NCBI GenBank assembly: GCA_000934665.2 | Contig: KZ538779.1 | Location: 1 to 47,832, forward strand | DNA length: 47,832 bases | Reading direction: 5' to 3' | Source: Catajapyx aquilonaris | Lineage: Eukaryota | Shown: positions 1 to 10,110 of the stretch, piece after piece | How the letters are laid out: each line of letters opens with the position of its first letter | Numbering within the stretch: position 1 is the first letter of the stretch | Notes under the pieces: generated by a model | Databases searched by the model: none | Seen by the model: only the letters and a program-made list of their open reading frames with translations | Told to the model about the DNA's origin: nothing | Translations under genes and position numbers: made by a program

Positions 1-318
1 ATTTTTCCGGGAACGGGCGTATGTATAGGACATAAATACCGTGTCGCATATAGCGGAAACGGCTGATATACCGTACTATGTATATCCAACATCGAATGGT
101 TCGCGCGCGATCCGCAACAACAGCGTCACCTTTTTTCCTCCCCCACTCTCTGCCCACAATGCTTTGCGCCGTTGCAGCGTTCACTTTCACTCGTCTTTCC
201 CGTTTGGTGCTGATGACTAGGAAAATCGTAATTTTCAGCGGAAACTTGTCAATTACGATTTTTCTAGGGCACCGTGCTATTCTGCTATACACAGGTTGGT
301 GAGGGGGGGGGGGTGATT

Positions 319-442
319 NNNNNNNNNNNNNNNNNNNNNNNNNNNNNNNNNNNNNNNNNNNNNNNNNNNNNNNNNNNNNNNNNNNNNNNNNNNNNNNNNN
401 NNNNNNNNNNNNNNNNNNNNNNNNNNNNNNNNNNNNNNNNNN
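319..442. other. Assembly gap
   Basis: N run flanked by a G run on the left and a C run on the right. Other gaps: 43988-44002 and a single N near 12518, both beside C runs. Confidence 0.99.
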
Positions 443-539
443 CCCCCCCCCCCCCCCATACATCTGCCACTGGGCTTCACTGTACCCAAAAGAGAAAGTT
501 TGTATGCATGATAATGTTTGATTGTACGTACATGGCAAT

Positions 540-1116
540 GGGTTACCAGCATAGCTACGATGGTTGCCATGGCAACCCAGTTGCCGGGTAACCCTCATTT
601 TAAAAATAGGGATTCATAAAAATTCAGTTCGACAAAACGCACAAAATCCGGACGCATACAGTAGCCTAGAGTACCGGTGCTTGACTTGCCGGTCCATTTG
701 TGGTGCATTTGCCGAGTGTCCCTCATAGGGGACACCCGATTTCAACGCCACCCTCAGACAAGGAAAGTAAGAAATATACCTATATTTCCACATGGACATC
801 ATCATTCATAAGTTTTCTAAGTACTACAAACAAAAAATAACTCATGATGCTAATCAACATTCGAGAATTAATTACTAATCGTCTTCGGAACGTGGAGGTG
901 CAGCCATGATTTCCTGCGTTAAAATTCAAACACCTGTATCTTAAAAATCTGAAGCAATATTGAGCAGGTTTGAACTTGTATAGTTAGCTGGGACTCTACT
1001 GAAGCCCCCATCACTACTGCCAGCTCTTTAGCAGCAGAAGGACCGGTGCAAAAAAATTAAAATGTAATAACTGTGCAGGTGTCCCCTATAGGGCACACTC
1101 GGCATATCTGGGTTAA
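540..1116. mobile_element. piggyBac-like non-autonomous DNA transposon remnant in the last WAC intron
   Basis: Right end ...CTGGG|TTAA (GGG 1110-1112, TTAA 1113-1116). Inverted repeat gccgagtgtccctcataggggacacc (~711-736) versus ggtgtcccctatagggcacactcggc (~1078-1103). The left terminus is not resolved. Confidence 0.5.
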
Positions 1117-1277
1117 GTAGGACAGCTCTCCTTTGGTGCTGCCTTGTTATGATGAAACACCTTCACAGGATGTGATCATTGTGCTTAATTTTATCCCTTC
1201 AGTGTGCTTCTATTTGTCATGAAGTGCTGACACATCAGGTAAGCATGTGAGAATTCATTGTTCTTTCTCTTCTGCAG

Positions 1278-1353
1278 GATATTGTTTCTTCGTCAACAAA
1301 TTAAGGAGCTGGAAGAGCTGAAATCCCAGAATTCCTTTATGTATGAGTCTTAG
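1278..1353 (+). CDS. WAC: Last coding exon of WW domain-containing adapter with coiled-coil (WAC); C-terminal coiled coil
   Basis: Pyrimidine tract and acceptor ttctttctcttctgcag|G (AG at 1276-1277). One nt completes a split codon, then 1279-1353 reads [24 protein letters not shown]. This closely matches the vertebrate WAC C-terminus as I recall it (…[25 protein letters not shown]). Upstream exons lie outside the window. Confidence 0.9.
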
Positions 1354-2720
1354 TGGGGGGTTTGGGGTATAATGTGAGGATGGCATAACAGGCGGAGACT
1401 TGTCTCAGCTCTTCATCAAGCTTGTGAATGCAGGTAAAGAAGAGGGGCAGAACCGATTAAGAAATTGCCCTCCTTCCGAGGGGGAAAGAAGGGAAGGGTG
1501 CAAGGAAGGAACGTGACGTAGGAATCGGCCCCCTTCCTTCATTCCTACGACAGAAAAGATTACACTATATAGGCGTTATAAAATGAGGGTATTTCTTGCA
1601 CAGGTTGCTTTAGAAAAGGGGTGTGGGCGCAAAAATTATTACCCACCATACTCCTCCCCAAAAGCATAAGAAAGCATAACAAAAAAAATCATGCATAATA
1701 AATTTGTTTCCTCCCTTTCCTCCCCATGGTGTTTGGAAAAAGAAAAAAAAAACTCAGTGTCATGGCATTTTATTTAAATGTTGTTATTTTCGAATGTGGG
1801 CCATTTTTTCACCTTCACTTTAACCCTAGCTCTTATTGGACTCTGTGGGTTAACAATGTTGTTTTAGCAAGTGATAAAATTGGCACTATTATAGAGGTGG
1901 GGGGTATCAGATGCTGATTGTGGATAACATTTTACAAGTCAACGTAATTTGGTTGCGCCTTGAAACGTGCTTCCAGCAGAGTTGGACTTTCCTTCCTTTT
2001 ATTTTTTGTATGCATTTGTAATTTCTGGTTCGGTTGTTACGTACCCTGACAAGTCGTTTGTTGTCGCTGTTTCGTACATTTCTTTGCCTTCGTGGCGGCT
2101 TTTTTGGAGGAATGAAGGAAAGCGATCATCACTACTTACTTCAGGGACGTTTTGACACTGCTTTAACTCGCGAAGTTTTACAGTGGCAAGGAATTCTATT
2201 GATTCCTCAGGAGGCAATTTTAATTGAGATAAATGACAAGAAAAGGCTCGACTTCCTAGCAATTTGGACACAAGTTGTTGAGAAATTGTACATTTTTATT
2301 GGACTCATTTGCTCTTGATTGAGGACTATTGCCTGCAAGTGTAATGGCTATGACTGTCCCCCTCGACCCTTTCCCCGCCACCACCTTCACTGCATTTTTG
2401 TTAATGCCAACAGTAGAATAATAACGAAAGAAAAAAAATATACATTAAAAGTCACTGTGATTTTACCCTCTGACCAGCTCACTCTCTTTTTTGTGTACAT
2501 GATTGATACAAAGAAGGGACAAAAAACGGTAACACATGAGAATAGTGAAATAGCTGTACATACATTACAATGCTTTTTTTTGTTATTCCTTCCTGCCCCT
2601 CCCTTCTCCAGATCTTGTAGACCTTGTCAAGTGAAAGAAATGGAAAACAAAAAAGAAGCGTAATTTGAAGTGAAATCGACTGAGATCAGTTTAGTGCTTG
2701 ACCTAAGCACGCTTGACTTG

Positions 2721-2723
<3 letters not shown>

Positions 2724-2774
<51 letters not shown>

Positions 2775-2787
2775 TATTATTATTATA
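2724..2787 (+). repeat. (TTA)n microsatellite
   Basis: About 20 TTA units with one interruption. This is the source of the poly-L/poly-Y ORF 2670-2867. Confidence 0.98.
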
Positions 2788-3353
2788 GTTATGATTATTT
2801 TTTACTTCTCACACATCACAGTAAGTTAAAGCCCGAAATACAAAAGGCAAGAAAAGGAAAAAAATAATAATCGCTTTTAAAAAAACGAGCATAATGTATT
2901 GAGTGATTTTTGGTGGTTGGTTAATTTTGTTAGTACCCGCAAACCTTGAGTACCCCACCCTCACCTCCAACCCCCCAAAAAAACAGTTGAAATTATTTGA
3001 CTCCGTAGACCCAACACGGCGGACAATATGTAGCCTTGAGTTGGGTAAGGTGAGCGTGATGGCATATGGTGACCAAGTGAACGTATTTTGCATATGTGAG
3101 ACCAGCCTTTATTAATTCATTTTCATTGATTTTTTGTCTTTTGTGTCACGTCCACTCGGACCCCTTGAACTGAGTTCACCTAATTCTCCTGTTTTCCTTA
3201 ACCTTCATACCGGTTATTACTTTGAATGAGACAACTTTAAAAAAAAAATAGATTCTACTTCTAGTTAGCTGTATTTATTTATGGTACAAAATATGCAAAG
3301 TTCTTTTTAACCCTTAGGTGTATGTTGTGTGTTCAGTGCAAGGGGTATAACTG

Positions 3354-3373
3354 AATAAAATGCAACAAATAAA
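3354..3373 (+). terminator. Tandem polyadenylation signals
   Basis: AATAAA at 3354-3359 and 3368-3373, followed by the GT/T-rich tract cttgttcttatgt. Confidence 0.55.
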
Positions 3374-3429
3374 TCACCTTGTTCTTATGTACCACTGCCC
3401 TGCTAACATATCCATTTCAGGATGAGCTA

Positions 3430-5070
3430 ACTAGACTTGGAAGTTGAATTTTTTGTTCAAGAATGTTTCTTGGTGCAAATTACTGCATATTCATGCTGGA
3501 TGGCCATTTCCACTCATTCTGGTTTTCCAGGTTAACTGGATCCGCACAAGTCTATCGTTGGATTTCGAAATTAATTTTCCTGGATTCCTGACCATGTGTG
3601 TTGCGGAATTAGCCAGGGTTGTACCTGGTGCTATGGCAAAGGGGCTGTGAAATTAATTCCTGAAGTTGGACATGTTGGCGATGCGCCTCCTCGGCTGCCA
3701 TGAGAAAAAGTCTACTATAATCACACTCATGTGATTGGCCAATCTTGTTTCCTTTCTGGAAAGACAGTCGGCAGCAGGATGAGATTGGCGCAGGTCCTGC
3801 GGTATCATGCCCTGGACTGAAGGATTGCAGGTCCTGTGAGACAACCCAAGTGGCTTAGCTATTTCAAAGAAACTCGAGGCTTTTCGTGACCAGACTGCAA
3901 CTGGATTACGACCCGATTGAGGTTTGTCTCCGACGGCCCTTTTCACAAATTTTGTTCAACATTTTCTTCCAACTGCACTGTCGGTGACAAGCGCCGGCCA
4001 ACACACCCACTGACACATTTTGAGCAGGAGATTGGAAACACGGTCACGATGCATTCCCTTCTCTCCAAACTCTACGTACAGTATTTGCCATTTCCAGGTC
4101 ATAAAAATGAGGCCATGTGTCTGATCCAGACCAACGAGGTTCTGGCACCGTCCCAATTATTCTTGTCCATAACGAAACAGAACCTGGTCATACTTCAAGA
4201 TTTTCATGCACACTGTGTAAAGTTTAGGTCATGATGACCCACCCTGTACTCCGCATGATTTCTTTTCACCTTTGTCGCCTTTCATCGCAAATGAAAGCAA
4301 TTTTCGCGACAATAACAATAATAATTTTCCGGGATGTTTAAAAAAAAATCAGATGGGGCAGTTTTCTTTCTCCAAGCACAATGGAAGTTTCATAGAGCGG
4401 GGATCTTACCGACTTGTGCTCTCCAAGTTCGGAAACTCCATTCTCATTAGCATGCAGAGTATCGTGAGATCATCTTTAAATCAGATGAAGTGTAAAGTAA
4501 GGTGAAGTCTTGCACAAACTTGGGTCGTTTGGGAAGAGATGGTTATGCAAAGGCGACACTCTCGGAATTCCTGAAACTGTAACAATTTCGACCTCAAAAT
4601 TTTTCCCAAATTACACTTCTCACATCACTTAATTTTTCATCGGTTATTACTAGCCAGTGCTTGATTCCATCACATAAACGGTTTTCTTCCAGCTCCAGAT
4701 GTTGCATAATATGAAAATTTAGAATCCATTCCAACTGGAGACTCTGGAATCCCTATGAGAGGACATTTCTCATTCTCAGAGCCCTCTGAGCGCCTCTAAA
4801 CCCCATGGAAATTGTCGCGCTTAGAGCTAACTCATACTCGGTCATTACTAGATTTATAGACCATGGTATAGGCCCGGTTCCTAGGCAAGATGCTGCCATT
4901 AAGAAAGGCATAAGGTGGCAAAAAATAGGGCCCCCGATTCCTACCACTTTGCATCATGGAAAGATACAGCAAATCGATGTAACTCATCTGAAACGCCTCG
5001 CTCTAATGGCACCCTGGATCATGAGGATACTTGGGAGAGATTCAGAGGCCTCATTACTTCTGACACAAAA
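3430..5070 (+). mobile_element. Highly decayed non-LTR retrotransposon ORF2 fragment (L1-like)
   Basis: Broken motifs across frames: TGLRPD*GLSPTALF near 3900-3950 (resembles RT G.RQG..LSP.LF), TPWKLSRL near 4800, and ASWKD…TWERF at 4950-5045 (resembles the L1 ORF2 end). Many stops and frameshifts. Confidence 0.4.
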
Positions 5071-5191
5071 GGTCGGTCGCTTATAAAGGACAAAGTGACA
5101 AAAGGGCCTATTGTGCAGTGATTAGCTCGGTCATTGCCACGCACGTTGAAAGAATGGAGTTATACGCAGTGCGGGTTAAGTTAAATTAGTC

Positions 5192-5215
5192 GAGAGAGAG
5201 AGAGAGAGAGAGAGA
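5192..5215 (+). repeat. (GA)12 microsatellite followed by an A run
   Basis: Seen directly. Confidence 0.97.
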
Positions 5216-6549
5216 AAAAAAAATCAATTAAGATTTGTTGGGAGAATGGTCGTCGTGGGAAGGACCGTTTTCCAGGTGCATGGGAGTCGCTAAGACGACA
5301 CACACAGCAAGAATGAGTCCCTCATGAGTACTTGACGTTGTGCCAATTGTCGCCTGCAGAAATGGCCACTTTTGTCTGCTGCACGACTTTGACTTGCAAA
5401 ATTCTGTTAATGACTTGGAGGTGTTTGCCTCCTGGTTGTTCAGGTGACTGACTAGGAATTTGCTAAATAGAGCTATTCTTTGCTACTGTGACCAATTGAA
5501 TAATGAAAATAAATAGAACATAATGATCCTTCAGTGAATCGGGTAAGGTCACACTACGTTTTTCCTTCAAACAATCTAGGCGGGATCAATAGTCGATTGC
5601 AGCTGTGTGAGAGCTGCTCTCGAATAGAATCGGATCTATGATAAGCATCTTTTCATATTGCAGGAGTGTGGTATGACAGCTCGCAGCCCTTGTTCACTTA
5701 TTTATATCGGATTACGGGGATGGTTTTACTTGGAGGATGTTAAGCCTGCTTTGTGGAGAATAGATTTTGCATGCTTGCATAATTTTTCTGAGTAGAATAT
5801 CCGCGCTTTATACGACGTCAACGACGACACAAATACTGGGATGTTCATAACTAAGGGGCACAACATTTACTTTTCATTACTATACATAAGAGTAATATTT
5901 ACAGCCTGGAATCTTTCCCAAAATTAGTAAAGAACTTCGGGAACACCCTGTTTTATTCACTTGGCCAGCTTTAATTACCCGGGTTCTGAGTCAGTGCGCA
6001 TAGTTTGCATGCTAGAGCTCGCTGTAATGCTATCTTTATTGATTTTTAATATCCCCCCCGCCAGTGCCAGGTATAGTACTCTTGCATGAATGAGGAGTTT
6101 CTGGGTGGAAAATGGTCAGATTTGTGTACCCGCTTGCATATTCCATTGTTACTTACATATTATATACAGAGTCTACAATTGTAATGCCCCGAAGGTTCTC
6201 ATGGTGAAACAAGACATTATCATCTGGAACATGACGTGATACCATTATGCAGCTGCAGTGTGCTGCAGTAATCAATGGCATTCTATTACACTTGATGAAG
6301 ACGAGTGATGCCTATAGTTGTGCTTATTACGCACACATGCAATATATTCAAAGAAGTTATTGCCAGTCGTGTATACACTTTAACAAATTATTGTTATTTA
6401 CACCACTACAAACATATACTCTCATAAAACGAACCACAGCTCTTGCAGCTTACTCTTTTGGCATAGAGTTAAGTCGCTTGTTGATCTAGATGTGTGAATT
6501 TGATCACCTGGTGAGAGGGAAAAATTTAGTTCTTTTGACACATGCTTTA

Positions 6550-7800
6550 TCTAGGGTCGATAACCGGCGGTTGAATTACCCAAGTGATAGTATTTCAGAA
6601 GAGGGGAAGATTGAATATTGACTGTAATAAAAGAAGATGGATGAAGCATTGGATTTAAAAAGATATCCGGAAAGAAAACATATGGGAAACCCGTCACAAG
6701 CTCCAGACATGAGAGCTCTTTCATCCTGCCTATATCGAAGGGGGGGAAATATCGAAGTGAAATTAATCTGCCCAAAGATCCTGCCTCTAAGTATGTTTGG
6801 ACGAGAAAATTGAAAATGGCTGGTGGCGAAGTATGTCGCAGGCGAAAACATTTCAGAAATTCACTCAAGGGTCCACCACCCCTGAACTGTAACAATCTCC
6901 GCATCCACAAGATGGGGTTAGATGCGAGTTGGAAGTTTTGCCAAGAGATGGCGTGGAGATGTTTGTCTGAGGTAGACTTGGGGCATTGTAGTCAGTCGTG
7001 AAACAGCACGGACCACGACCTTGAGTGACTGCGGGGTGAAAAGAGATGACCTATAGGTAGCTCATATCCCATGGGTTTGACTGGAAAGCAATCTACGACT
7101 CGCCACATAGATAGAGCATGTACCTCTTTAAAAAATGAATAAAGTAGGCGTTGCAATGTCACTTTCGGACCGACCAAGTCAAAAATTAATCCGATCCTGA
7201 AAGCCTGCTCTGCGCGCATGGTGGAATTAGGTTCATTTTCCGCTTCCGTGCTGCCCATGGGAGGCAGTAGTAGGTATATAACTTCACTTTGTTTTGGAGC
7301 TTCGAGCTCACCTTTCTGCATGGACACTCTCCGGAGATTACTTTCGCTCTGGCATTATCAACAAAAATTGCTCCTAAAGCCCCATAATCCTGCAGCACAA
7401 TACGATTCATGCAACTGCAACATTGATCTGGAATATTGCCTGCAATATGTAAACAGACTGGCAACCCAAACCCTATCCTGAATTTTAGCCACGTTTTACC
7501 ACGCTTGGGACGAGCCTGCATTAGGCCGAATTTTGCATGCCTATCCCCAAGTCTAAAGGCGCGTGCAGTTATATAGGAGAGGTGGTGTTCTCACCGAGCT
7601 TGCAGGGATCCATTACCTTTATCTAGTCCCAGCACAAGTTATGGATGTTAATCAGGGTAATAATTAATGACGACAGGAAGTAGGGAGGGACGCGAGACAA
7701 TGAAAACCTTTCGAGGGATCCTTCTCAGTTTGCATTTGAAGGAAAAGTGGAGCGAGAGAGCGCTAAGATTTAATGGAAATTTATAATTAGGGACCTCCAT
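6550..7800 (-). mobile_element. Decayed L1-clade ORF2 (RT to post-RT) fragment
   Basis: Minus-strand ORFs give motifs in the expected order: LQDYGALGAIFVDNARAKVI (resembles ..FG..SG..IN..KS), AFRIGLIFDLVGPK…FFKEV…MWR…GYELP (resembles GRI.L.K...PK…FFK.L…F.W…GGL.LP), and LLQFRGGGPLSEFL…FNFLVQ…GRLISLRY (resembles KGLISK.Y). Confidence 0.55.
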
Positions 7801-8952
7801 CTTGATGATACTCAACTTTTGGTGGTTGGTCGTGGCTTGGAAGTGTAGGTAAACAAGTTTGAAAAAATGTTACTGGAAAGTAATGCATAAAAATGTAAAT
7901 TTGAAATTGTAATTTTAATTATTTATACTCATTCTTGAATTGAGAGGTGTAGTTCTATGTTTTGAGGTCGATAGCTTCTTATGTGTTTTTTTTTTTGTTC
8001 AGGCTTCTCCACTCCACCTAGGAGGAATACGAATTTATAATACATGAGCGTTGCATTGTGGTGGGGGTGCTTCTACTTGTTCTACCCCACATCAGAGGAA
8101 AGCACTTTAAGTGGCCCAAAGCGAGACTGAGCGAGAGAGTGGGCCTAATTTTCATATATCGATTTGTTTTGGCCTTTGCATGCCGAATAAGTTATATTAA
8201 AGTTTAATACACTCTCTTATAGGTACAGTACAGTACAGTTCATGCTTCAAAAAGGCCTTCATTATGATCAAAAATGTACAGCAAGAATAAAAATAGCAGC
8301 TGAATGAATACTGTCAGATACTGTATTCAATAGTGGTCCAGGCCGAAGAAAGTACGTCACTATAGCAATCACACACTAGAAGCACAAGCTATTTCCTGGG
8401 TTCAAACCATAAGTAGAAACACAAAGAGAAGCTGATCCAGAACATTTATACCGATACGTGACATAAACGAGAAAATTAGACCAGGCCCATAAGTAGGAAA
8501 TCCATCTCTATAAGGTGCAAGAAGCATTTCATGTAACAATTGGGGAAACAACGTTTTTAGGGTATTTCGACCCCGCTGAATACGAAAATGCCTGTTGCCA
8601 AAGCGAAATTTGGACCGGAAGTCCGATATTCAAGATGGCGGCCAAAACTCTGTTGCCATATATCTCCCTTGTCCGTTGGCTTAAAATAATGATTTAAATG
8701 TCTGCTTAGGGGTTTTCTCGAATGCCAAACACATTGCAACGCTCAAAATTGACTTATATACTATAAGTTTGGAGGGCATGGGTTCCAAGATGGCGCCCAA
8801 GATGGCCGCCGAAACTTTGCTGCGATTACGTGAACTCCGTGCGTCTTCTTGTTTTTGGAGTTTAAAATGTCTCAGATATATAGTTTTTAGTGGTTGAATG
8901 TGTATACTACGTAGACTAGTGTGGGTGAGGCCGTGAGGGTGGGTGAGGGTGG

Positions 8953-9232
8953 GTGTGTGTGGACGCGCATTGCCATCCTTGTGAGGAGTGTGTTTGCGCG
9001 TTTTCCTATCCTTGTGAGGAATTTTGTCATTACGAGGTAGTTTTCCTGTACGTCATAGTGAACACTCGCCTCACAAGGATAGGGAAAAATCGACAAATAC
9101 CTCATAAAGACAGTAAAAATATATTTCCCCAAAATTTGGTGTGTTTTTTGTACGTTAGGTTAGGTTAGTTTTAAATTTTAAATTTTGGAAAAACCTCACA
9201 AGGATAGGGATGCGCGCCTGGGTGTGTGTGTG
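8953..9232 (-). mobile_element. MITE nested in a (TG)n tract inside the long-TIR element
   Basis: TIR cgcgcattgccatccttgtgagg (8964-8986) versus cctcacaaggatagggatgcgcg (9194-9216). Internal copies at 9005-9019 and 9069-9084. GTTAGGTTAGGTTAG at 9154-9168. GTGTGT on both flanks. Confidence 0.75.
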
Positions 9233-9357
9233 TTACGTGTTTTTAAGTAATATTTTACACCGTCCGAAATACAATTTGGCAACAAAATTGTGTTACTGAA
9301 GGTAGTCACTTTTAGTATATTTTGTCATTTTTTAAAATACTGCCGTTTATTCAGGCT

Positions 9358-10110
9358 ATGGCGTCAACGGTGTGCTCCTTAGTTGATACGGCTGGAACGT
9401 GCAACCACAACCTATGCATAATCTGCCAGAAGAGAAAATGGTGCAAGGAAAAATTATCAGACCTGACGGATAACGGCAAACAGACTCTTCTGAAGTACGC
9501 TGGCTTGAGGAAAGAACTTCATGATTCTGATTTTGCTGCCACTATATATAGTTAGGATCGAACAAACGTTGACAAAAAGTGAAGAGATATTTAAGTATCA
9601 CCGCGGATGCTACTCAAACTTTGCCAATTCTGGCAGATTGGAAAGGTTGAGGAACAAATCAGCGCCTTCCCAAGAGGCCGTCCTTGTGGACATTAACAGG
9701 TGTATTTTCTGCCAAAGCGAGAAAAACGAAGCATTGAGGCAGGTGATGTCAGACAGAATGAATGAGACTATAAGGGATCTGGCTAATTATGACCACGAAC
9801 TGTTCGTTCGCATTAATTGTATATCCCCTGCTTGATGGCATCAGAGGTCTGTGTATAGTGAAGGCCGAGAGGAGCCAGAAAAAGGTACAGATGCAGATGA
9901 AGGAGTGTGGCAAAAGTAATTTACCCATGATCCAAATTTGTGAAGAGGTCAAAGTCTCAGCCTCATTGGGTCACGTTTTGCAACTCTCAGATGTTTGGGA
10001 CAGATACGTTCACCTGGCGAAAATTATACGGTAGGCGTTGAGATACCGAAGTAATTTGAATCTCGCTTGTCAACTTTTAAAGAGAAATTGCAGGTTGATT
10101 TCTTAAGCAA
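9358..10110 (+). pseudogene. Frameshifted N-terminal part of a transposase-like protein (Academ-like)
   Basis: From ATG 9358, stitched frames give MASTVCSL…LCIICQKRK…GKQTLLKYAGLRK / FKYHRGCYSNFAN…RCIFCQSEK…LRQV / ICEEV…GHVLQLSDVWDRY / FESRLSTFKEKL. As I recall, the CIICQ, YHxxCY and CIFCQ motifs occur in N-termini of large metazoan Academ-type transposases. The catalytic region is absent. Confidence 0.55.

Larger units (their letters stand above)
1354..3390 (+). other. Probable WAC 3' UTR
   Basis: U/A-rich, with no recognisable TE, directly after the stop codon. Contains an ATTTATTTA ARE-like motif near 3273 and ends in two AATAAA hexamers, just before LINE debris begins. Confidence 0.6.

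Noticed and set aside
210..232. CTGATGA-CTAG-GAAA-ATCG-TA as a minimal hammerhead ribozyme
   Set aside because: The core words are present, but stem II is essentially absent and the flanks do not form stem I.
2670..2867. Poly-Leu/Tyr ORF as a membrane or signal peptide
   Set aside because: It is a translation of the (TTA)n microsatellite in the 3' UTR.
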